Part shown: positions 1 through 9,268 of the stretch, piece by piece
How the letters are laid out: every line of letters begins with the position of its first letter
Numbering within the stretch: the first letter of the stretch is position 1
Source of the DNA: Myxococcaceae bacterium
Lineage (GTDB): Bacteria; Myxococcota_A; Polyangia; Polyangiales; Ga0077539
DNA length: 64,000 nt
Assembly: GCA_028287085.1 (NCBI GenBank)
Contig: JAQBQI010000114.1
Location: forward strand, 6,755-70,754
Direction of reading: 5' to 3'
Made by a program: the position numbers and the translations under genes
Notes under the pieces: model-generated
What the model saw: the letters and a program-made list of their open reading frames with translations, nothing else
Told to the model about the DNA's origin: nothing
Databases searched by the model: none

Positions 1-327
1 CTGAAGGGGGAGGTCGGCTTCGATCACTACGAGGGTCGAAGTTGGCCCGGCTGGCACCATCACATGAGCGTCGTGCTCTGCGCGTACGCCGTGCTCGTCG
101 CCGAACGATGCATGGCTTTCCCCCCCGGAGCGGCCCGCGGTTCGGCCGCTCGTCCGAAGCGTCGATCGTCCCGCACGGCACGTGGCCGACTCGATCCCGT
201 CGCTGCGCCTCGCGTTCGCGAGGACGACGATCGCGCTCTGGCTCCCGCGGTGCCCGACCTGCGGGCACGACCTCGAACCTCACGCACCACACGCGCTGGA
301 AGCCCCAAACTCAACCTGACGCAGTAG
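1..327 (+). pseudogene. C-terminal fragment of a DDE transposase (IS701/IS4-like); the 5' part is outside the window
   Basis: Frame +1 is open from base 1: LKGEVGFDHYEGRSWPGWHHHMSVVLCAYAVLV. The HYEGRSW.GWHHH block is typical of IS701-type transposase C-termini. Stop TAG at 325-327. A CPxCG-like tail (PRCPTCGH) is readable only in another frame, which suggests decay. Confidence 0.5.
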
Positions 328-705
328 TGCTAGTCTCGCGACCGCATGAAGGTGTGGGGGTCGTAGCCGAACTTCGCCCGCGCTCGCGCGGTCGTGAACC
401 GCCATCGGATCTTGAGCGCGAGCCGGTTGGCCTCACGCTCCCACGCCTGTGCGCGCCGGCGCAGGGCGTCGAGCGTGGCGATGCGGTCGCGCCCCAGCGC
501 CTGTCGAGAGAACAGGCTGATCTCGATCTCGGCCTGGTTGAGCCAACTGCCGTGGGTCGGCGTGTAGTGGACCGTGAAGCGACGCCAGAGCCACGCGCCG
601 GCGCGCGGCCCGAACGTCGTGACGCACGCCTTCTCCGTGTGGGTACTGAGGTTGTCCACCACGAGGTCGATCGTGCGCGCTCGCGGGTACGCCGACGCGA
701 TCCGC

Positions 706-1867
706 TAAGCAGGACGGCAGAAGTTCTTTCCCACCCCCTCGGGTTGATCTGCGGCATCCTTCCGCTCGATGGGCCACGACGACCTGATTCGAGTGACCGC
801 CGCCCAACGCCGACGCCTCCAGGCGATCGTGCAGGGTTCGGTGGACGACGCCCGCGCTCGACTGCGCGCGACCGTGATCTTGATGAGTGCCGAGGGCAGC
901 GGCGGGGAGCTGATCGCGCGGACGCTCGGCGTGACCCGCCGCACGGTGACCAACACCCGCACGCGCTGGCGTGAGCGGGGCCTGGCGGGCCTGTCCGATC
1001 GCCCTCGCTCCGGGCGACCGCCCCTCGCGGACGCCTCCTACCGGGCGACCCTGCGACGCGTCGTCGAACGCGACCCGCGCACCTTGGGCTACGCCTTCGC
1101 GCGATGGACCGCACCACGCCTGGGGGCGCACATGGCGACGGTGTCGGGCGTGCGGCTCTCGACCTCGCAGCTGCTGCGGCTGCTGCACGGGCAGGAGTTC
1201 GTCTGGCGCCGCACCAAGCGCACCCTGCGCAACCTCCAGGATCCCACCGCGATCGCCCGCGCCCATCGTCAGCTCAAGCGCCTCAAAAGGGGGCCCTTGC
1301 GCCCGGCTGCCCGTACGAGCTCTGGTACTGCGACGGGGTGACCTTCTCGCTGCTGCCGCAGGTCACTCACGCGTGGAGGCGTCGCGGACGGCCGAAGCGC
1401 GTGAACACGCCCGGCAGCAACGTGCGCGTCTCCGTGTTCGGCGCCTACCGGTGGCCGGACGGCCCCTTCCGCTTCGCGTTGGATCGAGGCGGCGTGCGCA
1501 CGGACCTGTTCCTGCCGGTGCTGGAGACGCTTCGGCGGCGAGCGCGGCGGACGGGCCGATTCATCGTGTTGGTGAGCGACAACGGTTCGGCGCAGACCTC
1601 GAAGCGCTCGACGGTCGCGGTGTGGCGCGCGTTCCCAGGGGTCGTGATGATCTGGCTGCCGCCCTACTCCTCGGAGCAGCTCAACGACATCGAGAACCTC
1701 TGGCACCACCTCAAGGACGACTACTTCTCCGAGATGTTGGTCACGCAGCGCGAGGACTTCGCCGAGACGACGCGTCGGCTCCTCACGCGGATGACGAAGC
1801 CGCGCGGGTTGCGACAACTTCTCAAGCCACGGCGTCGGGTGGGAAAGAACTTCTGAGGTCCTGCTTA
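706..1867 (+). mobile_element. Intact-looking IS630-family insertion sequence nested inside the older IS630 copy
   Basis: The terminal inverted repeats are 708-734 (agcaggacggcagaagttctttcccac) and 1839-1865 (reverse complement agcaggacctcagaagttctttcccac), matching at 25 of 27 positions. TA dinucleotides flank them at 706-707 and 1866-1867, the IS630/Tc1 target duplication. Element size is ~1158 bp. Confidence 0.85.
769..1856 (+). CDS. IS630-family transposase, orfA/orfB joined by a putative -1 frameshift
   Basis: orfA (769-1341) is an HTH region (IARTLGVTRRTVTNTRTRWRERGLAGL, SGRPP). orfB (frame of 1104-1856) is the DDE part (ELWYCDGVTFSLLP..VSVFGAY..VLVSDNGSAQTS..WLPPYSSEQLNDIENLW). The frames overlap at the run ctcAAAAGggggc (1285-1289), where a -1 slip gives ..RLKKGALAPG... 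The fusion is ~360 aa, typical for IS630. Confidence 0.8.
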
Positions 1868-2717
1868 GAGCATCGCGGCGAACGCCGGCGACTTGCGGTC
1901 CGGGGTGGCCTCCAAGAAGTGGCGCCCGCGTTCGGCTCGACCGCACAGAACACGTTGGCCGTCCCGCAACGGATGTACTCGTAGTCCCGGCGCGCCGGCC
2001 GACCTGGCCTCGCAGGCTGAGGGCGACGGGCATGTTCCAGCAACTGGACCGGCCGCTCGTCGAGCGTCACCACCGGCTCGCACGGATCGAGCGGCCGCTC
2101 ATACAGGTCGAGGAGGTCCTCCATGCGCGCCACGAACGCCGGCGTGAGCGCGGGCACGCACAAACTTTTTCTCCCACCACGGCTTCAAGTCGTGGGTCTC
2201 CAGGAGGCGCCGCATGGTCTCGCGGCCGACCGCGGGGATGAGTTTGCGGCGGACCGCCTCGCGGGTGATCAGGCGAACGCTCCACCGCCGGAATCCTTCA
2301 GGAGGTGTCGCGCAGACCATCGCCACGATGGCCGTGGCCCGCCGCTCCGTGAGGCGGCGCGCTGCCCCCGGCCGCGGGGCCTCGAAGAGCGCTCGCTCCA
2401 AGCCGGCGGTGGCGTACCGGCGGGCGATCCGCCGGACCGTCTCGATGCTGACGACGACGGCATCGGCCACCGCGGTGGTGCCATCACCCCGGTCGAGCAG
2501 TTGGAGGACGCGGGCGTGCTTGAGGACACGGACGGCGGGGTGCCCCCGTCGCATCATCTCGTCCAACCGCGCTCGCTCCTTCGTCGAGAGTCAGACTCCC
2601 TGCGGCCCAGGCCGCGCTGTCTCTTGCGGGCTCATCCCCCAGAGAAACCACCCGAAAGCGCTTCGCGCAAGCGACTCCCGGCCACACCTTCACCCGGTCG
2701 GGGGACTAGGACGGGGG

Positions 2718-2745
2718 TTGACGTCCGCAAGGGGTCAGATACCCT
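2718..2745 (+). promoter_or_regulatory. Candidate sigma-70-type promoter that would give a leaderless transcript for the ATP-grasp cassette
   Basis: TTGACG (2718-2723), a 16-nt spacer, then TACCCT (2740-2745). The ATG of the small ORF at 2752 lies 6 nt after the -10 element and has no Shine-Dalgarno. Confidence 0.3.
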
Positions 2746-2751
2746 CACCTC

Positions 2752-2964
2752 ATGAGCACCGGCACGACCCCATCATTCATCACTCCGATCCTCAAACATG
2801 CAGTTCGCCCCATTCCCGTCACGAAATCGCCGTTTGTGTACGACGAGCAGATGGGACTCAGTCGCTGGTTCGACGGCGACATTGGAGAGCCGGCGGCGCT
2901 ACGTCCCGAGTGCGCCGTGTGGCTGAAAACGAAGGTGGGGCACCCGGGCGGCGGTGAGGACTAA
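2752..2964 (+). CDS. Small ORF (70 aa), candidate precursor peptide of the ATP-grasp maturase
   Basis: It sits directly upstream of the ATP-grasp gene, and its stop overlaps that gene's start (gacTAATGtcg). The C-terminal half is rich in Thr/Ser/Lys and Asp/Glu (..VTKSPFVYDEQMGLSRWFDGDIGE..WLKTKVGHPGGGED), the residue classes cross-linked in graspetides. Confidence 0.35.
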   Translation: MSTGTTPSFITPILKHAVRPIPVTKSPFVYDEQMGLSRWFDGDIGEPAALRPECAVWLKTKVGHPGGGED

Positions 2965-3959
2965 TGTCGTTGAAGCGGATCGTCCTTCTTACTTCGCAGA
3001 CGGACCTCGCCGCTGACCTTCTGCTATTGAAGCTCCGATCGAAGGGTGCCGCTGTTGTGCGACTCAATGCGGAAATGTTTCCGCTTGGCATTGAGGCTGA
3101 TTTCCGGGTCCGGGACAAGAGTTGGTCGTTTCGTATGGGTAGCGATGTCCTACGATCCGCTGACATTAGCGCTGTGTGGTTTCGACGGTGGCCCGATCTT
3201 CAGACAGCCGGAATCGCTCCTGACTGGAGGGCCATAGTATGTCGTGATTCGATGGCTTTCTTGGAAGGATGGTCGATGCTCTGTGATGTGTTTTGGCTGA
3301 ACCGTCCAGAACGCGTTCGGACTGGAGAGAACAAGCTTGTGCAACTTGTTTACGCGCAAGAGGCTGGATTCCGCGTTCCGGAGACAGTCGTTGCAAACAA
3401 TGCTGCCGTAGTGCGGGACGTGGTGTCTTCTGGGCGCATTGCCTTATTTAAGCCACTGCTCTCCTCAGCACTTCGTGATGAGACCGTTGTGCAAATGCTT
3501 CAGGCCACAAGATTAAGGGATGAGCATCTCGATGATGAGTCAATTCGGGCATGTCCTGCGATTTATCAGACGATTGTTCCAGGGCAAGAGTGGCGTCTAA
3601 CGATTGTCGGTGGTCAGGTGTTTCCTGCGAGAATTTGCTGGACTCGTTCAGACACGAGTGTTGATGTTCACGCTGCGCATCCCGAGTGCGTCAGTATCGT
3701 AAGAGGAACGGTTTCTGATGAGGTCCGTAGGCAATGTCTTACGTTAGTACGGATGCTAGGACTTCACTACGCTGCGATCGATGCGATAGAATATGAAGGA
3801 GAGATGTATTTCCTTGAGTTGAATCCCTCTGGGCAGTGGGGGTGGATCGAGCAGGCAACAAATTATCCGCTTACCGACGCGCTCGCGGATTTGCTCATTT
3901 CTTGCGGTCAGCCGAAGAATCTTTCGTTGGTGCCATCCGGTGGTGTCAATGCGGACTAA
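2964..3959 (+). CDS. ATP-grasp enzyme, MvdC/MvdD-type RiPP (graspetide) maturase-like
   Basis: 331 aa. The N-terminus IVLLTSQTDLAADLLLLKLRSKGAAVVRLNAEMFP matches the pre-ATP-grasp region of peptide maturases. ATP-grasp core motifs are present: ALFKPL, EWRLTIVGGQVF, HYAAIDAIEYEGEMYFLELNPSGQWGW. GC is lower than in the flanks. Confidence 0.75.
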   Translation: MSLKRIVLLTSQTDLAADLLLLKLRSKGAAVVRLNAEMFPLGIEADFRVRDKSWSFRMGSDVLRSADISAVWFRRWPDLQTAGIAPDWRAIVCRDSMAFLEGWSMLCDVFWLNRPERVRTGENKLVQLVYAQEAGFRVPETVVANNAAVVRDVVSSGRIALFKPLLSSALRDETVVQMLQATRLRDEHLDDESIRACPAIYQTIVPGQEWRLTIVGGQVFPARICWTRSDTSVDVHAAHPECVSIVRGTVSDEVRRQCLTLVRMLGLHYAAIDAIEYEGEMYFLELNPSGQWGWIEQATNYPLTDALADLLISCGQPKNLSLVPSGGVNAD

Positions 3960-4936
3960 TGGCTTATTCATGTCATTTGGATCAACCTCGCGCCTATGAA
4001 GGATTCGAGGTGGGTTTCCACGTACGCACGCCCGAGGGGTCTGGAATGAAAGAGTTTCTGCTTCGAGATTTGCTCACGATTCCGCGTCAGTCAGACACCG
4101 ATAGGTCGATTGATTTGGGATACGAAGAAATGAGGGCAAGGGTGACGGGGGAGGTGGGACAGAGCTCGGATTCAACGTCGGAGGATGTTGCCTTCGAGGT
4201 GGCAAAACGAGTTTACGATTTCGAGTTCTCTGGCCGCGAGCGCAGGGAGAGACAAGTCCCTATTTATTTTGCGGCGGTTGGGTTGGTGGGAACGTTCACG
4301 TCTGGAATTATGTTGCCGGTACTTGCTCGGGATGAATTTCACCTCGGTTCACTATGGCTGGGCGTGCTTGGCGCGATCTGGTTGACCGGGACGTCATTCT
4401 TGTTGAGGTCGATAACTCTTGCCCTTTCCAGTTTGGGAGGTCAGACGTTTTATAGCGTGCTCGGTCCCGAGGACGCGCTCGCACCTACGAAGCGCGCACT
4501 CGCTGGTAAGATGATCGAATACTCCATCAAAAACTACCCGATATTCAATCGTGATGCATCGCGCCTTGCGGCGGCGGCGAATGCTGTAAGGAACGCGTTC
4601 GTTCTTCTGTTCGTCGTTGGGCCTTTGGTTTTTTTGATCGCGCGGCACTTTCAGCACGATTACCAGCGGTCAAGTCATCCGGTCGGCAGCACCGCAACAG
4701 GGTCGCCGGAAGTGGATGTGAGAAGCGATGTTGGGCCCGGTGGACAGTCGAGTTTGTCGACCTCAACGGGTAATAGTAGTAGTCACGATATCTCACGGCC
4801 TGGTGCGAGGGTCGATGGGTCGGCACCGCAGGGAGATGTGCACTTCCAGAATGTGACTTCGGAGGAGCACCCCGCCGTCCATGAAGCGCTTGCTCCCACT
4901 GCTCACCCGCCGAACGACCCCCACGTCCAGGATTGA
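3959..4936 (+). CDS. Hypothetical integral membrane protein coupled to the ATP-grasp gene
   Basis: The start overlaps the upstream stop (TAATG at 3957-3961). There are three or four hydrophobic segments (VPIYFAAVGLVGTFTSGIMLPVLA, LWLGVLGAIWLTGTSFLLRSITLALSSL, AFVLLFVVGPLVFLIA) and a Ser/Gly/Pro-rich C-terminal tail. An alternative start is MKEFLL near 4046. Confidence 0.55.
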   Translation: MAYSCHLDQPRAYEGFEVGFHVRTPEGSGMKEFLLRDLLTIPRQSDTDRSIDLGYEEMRARVTGEVGQSSDSTSEDVAFEVAKRVYDFEFSGRERRERQVPIYFAAVGLVGTFTSGIMLPVLARDEFHLGSLWLGVLGAIWLTGTSFLLRSITLALSSLGGQTFYSVLGPEDALAPTKRALAGKMIEYSIKNYPIFNRDASRLAAAANAVRNAFVLLFVVGPLVFLIARHFQHDYQRSSHPVGSTATGSPEVDVRSDVGPGGQSSLSTSTGNSSSHDISRPGARVDGSAPQGDVHFQNVTSEEHPAVHEALAPTAHPPNDPHVQD

Positions 4937-5040
4937 CCTCTACCGCCGTAGACCAGAGTGCCTAGGGGGGTTCCTAGCTGAACCTGGCACGAACTTGCCC
5001 TCGCGCGGCTCGGCGGGAGACTTCCATCTGGAGCTCGACG

Positions 5041-5259
5041 ATGAGCCTCTACAGCATGGATCTCCGGGAACGCGTGGTCGCAGCCCATCAGGCCGGCGAA
5101 GGCTCGATCCGCGAGTTGGCGGACGTGTTCCACGTGGCCAAGAACACGATCGAGAACTGGCTCCGCCGGCTGCGTGAGACAGGCAACGTCGCGCCCCTCC
5201 CGCACGGAGGCGGGGTGGCTGCGACGATCCGAGGCGAGCGACTCGACACCCTCTGTTGA
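5041..5259 (+). pseudogene. IS630-family transposase N-terminal HTH remnant
   Basis: MSLYSMDLRERVVAAHQAGEGSIRELADVFHVAKNTIENWLRRLRETGNVAPLPHGGG is the typical IS630 orfA start. It is truncated after 72 aa. Homology-like text (..ELVGAL..) continues only in other frames up to ~5350. Confidence 0.6.
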
Positions 5260-5399
5260 TTGGTCGGCGAGCGCGACGCGAGGTGCTCTCTCGTGAACTG
5301 GTTGGGGCGCTCCGCGCAGCGCCTCATGGAGGGGCGAACGTAGCTATCGACAGGGGCGTTCGTTGCCTATACGATCATGGGCATGAGGTTGGGGGCGCG

Positions 5400-8201
5400 A
5401 TGAGTCTCGCTACGTGGAACGGTCGGTTGCACGACCGGTACGCCGCTCTGAAGAAGGCGCGCGGGGACAGTCCGGTGTTCGCGATCGAGCACGGGCTAAC
5501 CTTGACGGAGCTTGCCGAACTCAAGCGGGACGTGAGCAGGGAGGTCATCATGCACGCGGACTGGCTCCCGTGGATCGTGTACGCCACCGAGTACGGCTAC
5601 GAGTTTGGCAGACAGGGGCACGTCGGCGAATACTGGACCCGGTTCAAGCGTGGGATGCCGCGGTGGGGTGACACAAACGCCCAGCGGTCGTTGATTCGCG
5701 ACTTCTTCAAGGCATTCCACACCCGCTACGGCGGGATTTCGCCGCCGGCTGATCGGTTTCCTGGTGCTGGGCCGACCATTATCGGCTGGCCGATCACGAA
5801 TGCGCTGCTGCCCGCGGACATGCGGTTGCATTTCGCGCGCGCAATGCGCGAGTTCGTACAGGACACATCGGCGTACAGCGCCGCGCAACTCCTCGCAGAG
5901 CCGAGCGCGCTCGAGGGGCGGTTACTGGGGTACGTCGAGCACGGGCGTTTAGCTCACATCAGCGGTGAACCCGCACACGTATTGGGGCGCCTTGCGGCTG
6001 CATTGTTGGACCCCCGAGTAGAGGACGAGAGGTACGTCTCCCGCGCCACGGTTGAGCGCATCCTCGCTGACATCGCGAAGGTGGACGCTTACGTGACGGG
6101 CGCGATCGGGCGGATCCGCACGCACATCGATGGCGTCATCCGCAGCCCTCATGGGCTCACCGCGGGCAACCCGTCCTCATCGGCATCGTCGCAAGAGAGC
6201 GCAATTCGCGCCAACTATGAACTTCGTCAGTTGAGCGGTGAATGGGTCCCATACGTCTCGCTCCCGTCGCTGGAGTCTCTCTCCGAGGTGCCGCGTCTCG
6301 GTAACGACCTCCGGTCTGCTCGATGGCGAATCACGGGCGAGCAAACGTGGCGCCCGGCGGGGAGTGCGCTCGCGGCGCAACCGCCCCGACGACTCGCTTC
6401 GATCCAAGGCGGTCGGCAACTCCTCGAGTTGGACGCCGCAACCGACGCGCTGCGCCGAGTGATCGATCCGCTCATTACGCCACCGACCCCTTGGCTCTTC
6501 CGCATCGCGTCAGATGGCGTCGGTCGCCGAGCCACATCGCTTTCGTTCCCCGCTGAGTTTGTAGCCGTCGGGCCGCGGAGCAGCACTCTCCCGCAGGTGC
6601 CTGGCGCGGCGCGTGCGCGCGTCGCAGGCGGTGAGGGCATCGCGTTTAGAACACCAAGCGCGGTCGGTCCCGGGTGGGAGGCGCTCGCTCGCGCGCTGCG
6701 CGTCGACGTGACACAGCATTTCGAGGTGTGGCCAGCGGGCCGCGCCGCCGCGGAGTGGACAGACGGTCACGGCGTCTGGATTGACGGGGACACGCCACGG
6801 TTGGGAGTGTCCACATCACTCCCGCTGCAGGCCCTCGAGATGTCGATCGGCCCAGAGTCGATCCGCCTCGAATCTCCACCGCCTCGTAACACGCCACTGT
6901 TCCTGTCCCTCGGCCAACTACCGGTCGGAGAGTATCGGCTCCGGTTGAGCGGTTCCACCGCTGACGGGAAGACCCTCAACACCGAGTTGAACGTCACCGT
7001 GCGCCCGACGAGAGCCCCTGGCGCTCTCCTGGCGGCCCTCGGGGTCGTCGTCGAAGTCCAGCGCCGGAGCGTTGCAGACGTTGTGCAAGGTGCGTTGAAC
7101 GGAGACATTCTCCTCGTCGCACGCGGTCCCGTGGGTCATCCAGTCGAGGCGACCGTGTCGCTCGTTTCGGTTACCGAGGAGCGAACCGATCTCAACCTCA
7201 CCGACCTCGCGTTCCCTGTCACCGAGGCCGCCTGGACTCGGGCGCTAAGCACCGCGATGGAGCGTGAGGACGACAAGCATCGCCTTCAGGTCGCAGCGGG
7301 CACCGCAGTGCGCGTGGAACTGAGCATCGACGCCCTCGAGTTCGGCCTCCACCGACGGGTGTTTGAGCGGACGCGTCCGCCCTTCGCTTGGCGCCTCAGC
7401 GGTGAGAGGGTAGCCCTCGCGTTCGAGGGAGAGATCTCTGCCGACCTCGACGTGTCCCTGTCTGAGTTCGCAAATCCAGCGGCAGGACCCCGCCCTGTCA
7501 AACTCCCTTACGAACTCTCCGAGCAGGCCCTTGGAGGCATCTTCGTGGCGCGGGGTACGGGCCACACGGCGACTGTGGCGCTCGTCGCTCCACGGCCATT
7601 CTCGCGGTTTCCGATGCCTCGGCCCGTTCTCCCGTACGCTGGCCAGCGCTTCGAGGCGCTCCGAGCGCGAGCAGACGACGTCAGTCGCCTCATTGGGATC
7701 TCGCGGTTGTGGAGGAGCGCGGGCATCCCTGTTCAGTCGTCGGCGTTCGCGCAAGCGGCCGTCATGCAGGGACTCGGCAAACTCCTAGTGCGGATGCTCG
7801 CGGGTGATGACATCTACCAGTTCACTCGGTCGAGGAGCGACTTCGCGAGGCTTGTGCCAGTTGCTCGTGATCTGTTCGGCAGGCCCTCTGCCTTCGAGGA
7901 CATCACGACCAAGCAGGTCCGGTCCATCTGGGAACCCGCGGCGCGAGGAACCCGCGGCGCCACGCTCCGCGACGTCGCGGCGGCCATGGGCCGGCCGGTC
8001 GCCGCAGATGTCCGTCTGGGAGCGGAGGTTGCGGAGGCTGCGATCGCGCTGGCCGAAGATGCCGGCGCCTTCCTGACCGCTGTCGAGGAACCTGTCCTCG
8101 CGCGCGTACTTCCGACGTTCTGCGATCGCGGTGGCGTTGTCGCATTGACCATCGCCGTGTTCACGCGAGAGAACTACCGACCGGTGCCCCAATGCCGCTA
8201 G
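5400..8201 (+). CDS. Large hypothetical protein (933 aa), first gene of the helicase operon; possible DruH-like partner
   Basis: Long ORF with protein-like composition. The chosen start is ATG 5400 (MSLATWNGRLHDRYAALKK). The 3' end overlaps the next gene by 10 nt. I recognise no catalytic motif. The DruH analogy rests only on its size and its position upstream of a DruE-like helicase. Confidence 0.7.
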   Translation: MSLATWNGRLHDRYAALKKARGDSPVFAIEHGLTLTELAELKRDVSREVIMHADWLPWIVYATEYGYEFGRQGHVGEYWTRFKRGMPRWGDTNAQRSLIRDFFKAFHTRYGGISPPADRFPGAGPTIIGWPITNALLPADMRLHFARAMREFVQDTSAYSAAQLLAEPSALEGRLLGYVEHGRLAHISGEPAHVLGRLAAALLDPRVEDERYVSRATVERILADIAKVDAYVTGAIGRIRTHIDGVIRSPHGLTAGNPSSSASSQESAIRANYELRQLSGEWVPYVSLPSLESLSEVPRLGNDLRSARWRITGEQTWRPAGSALAAQPPRRLASIQGGRQLLELDAATDALRRVIDPLITPPTPWLFRIASDGVGRRATSLSFPAEFVAVGPRSSTLPQVPGAARARVAGGEGIAFRTPSAVGPGWEALARALRVDVTQHFEVWPAGRAAAEWTDGHGVWIDGDTPRLGVSTSLPLQALEMSIGPESIRLESPPPRNTPLFLSLGQLPVGEYRLRLSGSTADGKTLNTELNVTVRPTRAPGALLAALGVVVEVQRRSVADVVQGALNGDILLVARGPVGHPVEATVSLVSVTEERTDLNLTDLAFPVTEAAWTRALSTAMEREDDKHRLQVAAGTAVRVELSIDALEFGLHRRVFERTRPPFAWRLSGERVALAFEGEISADLDVSLSEFANPAAGPRPVKLPYELSEQALGGIFVARGTGHTATVALVAPRPFSRFPMPRPVLPYAGQRFEALRARADDVSRLIGISRLWRSAGIPVQSSAFAQAAVMQGLGKLLVRMLAGDDIYQFTRSRSDFARLVPVARDLFGRPSAFEDITTKQVRSIWEPAARGTRGATLRDVAAAMGRPVAADVRLGAEVAEAAIALAEDAGAFLTAVEEPVLARVLPTFCDRGGVVALTIAVFTRENYRPVPQCR

Positions 8202-9268
8202 CGCTACTTTCCAAGGACGATCTGCTCGTCGAACTCAACCTCGCCTATGCCGGGGCACCGAGCGACGAGGATCTTGCGCACCTATTGCGTGAGGCGGCCT
8301 CGCGTGTGGCACGGTTCAGACCCGCGGAACTCAGGCAGCGCGTGCTCCGGCCGATGCGGTCGGTCTGGGATGAGCGTGGAGAGGAGCTCCGCGAACGCCT
8401 CGATGACCTCATCGATGCGCTCGTGTCTTACGGTGACCTCCTTGAGGTCGCGGCTGATGAGTCCCTCGGCGGGAGATACCTGTGCGTCGCCCCGCCCGCG
8501 TTTGTGACCTTGGCGAGCGGCGCGATGGTCCTGCTTGGGGGGTTGCCGAATCGTCCGCTCCCGCTCCCGGACGTTCTCGTGGAGCAGGTCGAACGCAATG
8601 GGCACGCGCGGTTGCTCCGCAGCGATGGCGCGCGCGAATTTGAACGAATCGCGAGGAGCGATGGCTGGATCGCGATTCCAGAGACGGCTTGGCTCGCCGC
8701 GCCTCTCGTGGAGCCCTGCAGTGCCTACCGTGCCCGCTTCAACGTGGCTCTCGCCGAGAAGGCTCAGGGGACCGCGGCCGGCGTCGAGGACCTGGTGATG
8801 ATCCGCCCCGATCGACCCGCCGATTACTACCGCGGTCGGTGGGGCCCTACAAGCGGGCTCACCGGGAGGCTTCTGGGTCGGCGCGGGCAACGCTATGGCG
8901 CTGCGGCGTGGTGCTACGTCGAACTGGAGGCAGGGCTCGCGCGGCGGCTCGTTGACCTCCCCGACCGCGCGGGTGGTGACCCGAGAGATACCGCCGCTGA
9001 CCAGGCCTGGAGGCTACAAGCTGCGATCGATGCCGAGCGCCACCTGGCGCCGCGGTGGAGTGTGAAGCCTGACGGTGAGGGCTGGACGATCGGCGTTTCG
9101 ATGCCACCGCCCCGATGGGCAGAGCGGCGGTTTGCGGCGGTGGGCCGTCGCGTTCGGCGCCCCGGCGCTGTGGTGACGTACCTTGTCGCCGAGCGCGCCG
9201 ACGCATTTGCTGCCGCGGAGTTCTATGCGACCCGAATGTGGGCGCAGCCAACGGAGTCGTCACAATGA
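8192..9268 (+). CDS. Hypothetical protein (358 aa), second gene of the helicase operon
   Basis: ATG 8192 lies inside the upstream stop region, and the stop TGA forms an ATGA overlap with the helicase start at 9265. No recognisable motif. Confidence 0.65.
   Translation: MPLALLSKDDLLVELNLAYAGAPSDEDLAHLLREAASRVARFRPAELRQRVLRPMRSVWDERGEELRERLDDLIDALVSYGDLLEVAADESLGGRYLCVAPPAFVTLASGAMVLLGGLPNRPLPLPDVLVEQVERNGHARLLRSDGAREFERIARSDGWIAIPETAWLAAPLVEPCSAYRARFNVALAEKAQGTAAGVEDLVMIRPDRPADYYRGRWGPTSGLTGRLLGRRGQRYGAAAWCYVELEAGLARRLVDLPDRAGGDPRDTAADQAWRLQAAIDAERHLAPRWSVKPDGEGWTIGVSMPPPRWAERRFAAVGRRVRRPGAVVTYLVAERADAFAAAEFYATRMWAQPTESSQ

Larger units (their letters stand above)
330..2566 (-). pseudogene. 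IS630-family transposase (orfA HTH + orfB DDE), disrupted by a nested IS insertion and by extra frame errors
   Basis: Three minus-strand pieces. The first is the N-terminal HTH, 2099-2566 (..SIETVRRIARRYATAGLERAL..KPWWEKKF, ending at an AAAAAG slippery run at 2166-2171). The second is the DDE middle, 1869-2163 (FVARMEDLLDLYERP..DERPVQLL..YEYIRCGTANVFCAVEPNAG). The third is the C-terminal part, 330-704 (RIASAYPRARTIDLVVDNLSTHT..HYTPTHGSWLNQAEIE). The coding line is broken at 706-1867 by another IS. A frameshift after EPNAG and an in-frame TAG at the reconstructed junction indicate a dead copy. Confidence 0.8.

Noticed and set aside
42-1266. Long ORFs across the IS region (42-974 +, 311-1117 -, 433-1266 -).
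   Set aside because: They read through IS boundaries and inverted repeats and have junk-like composition. The IS630/IS701 transposase frames explain the region.
4983-4997. Sigma-54-like promoter TGGCACGAACTTGCC between the membrane-protein gene and the IS630 remnant.
   Set aside because: The spacing between the GG and GC elements is 9 nt instead of the strictly conserved 10 (only 4 nt between GGCAC and TTGC). It also points into a dead transposase fragment.
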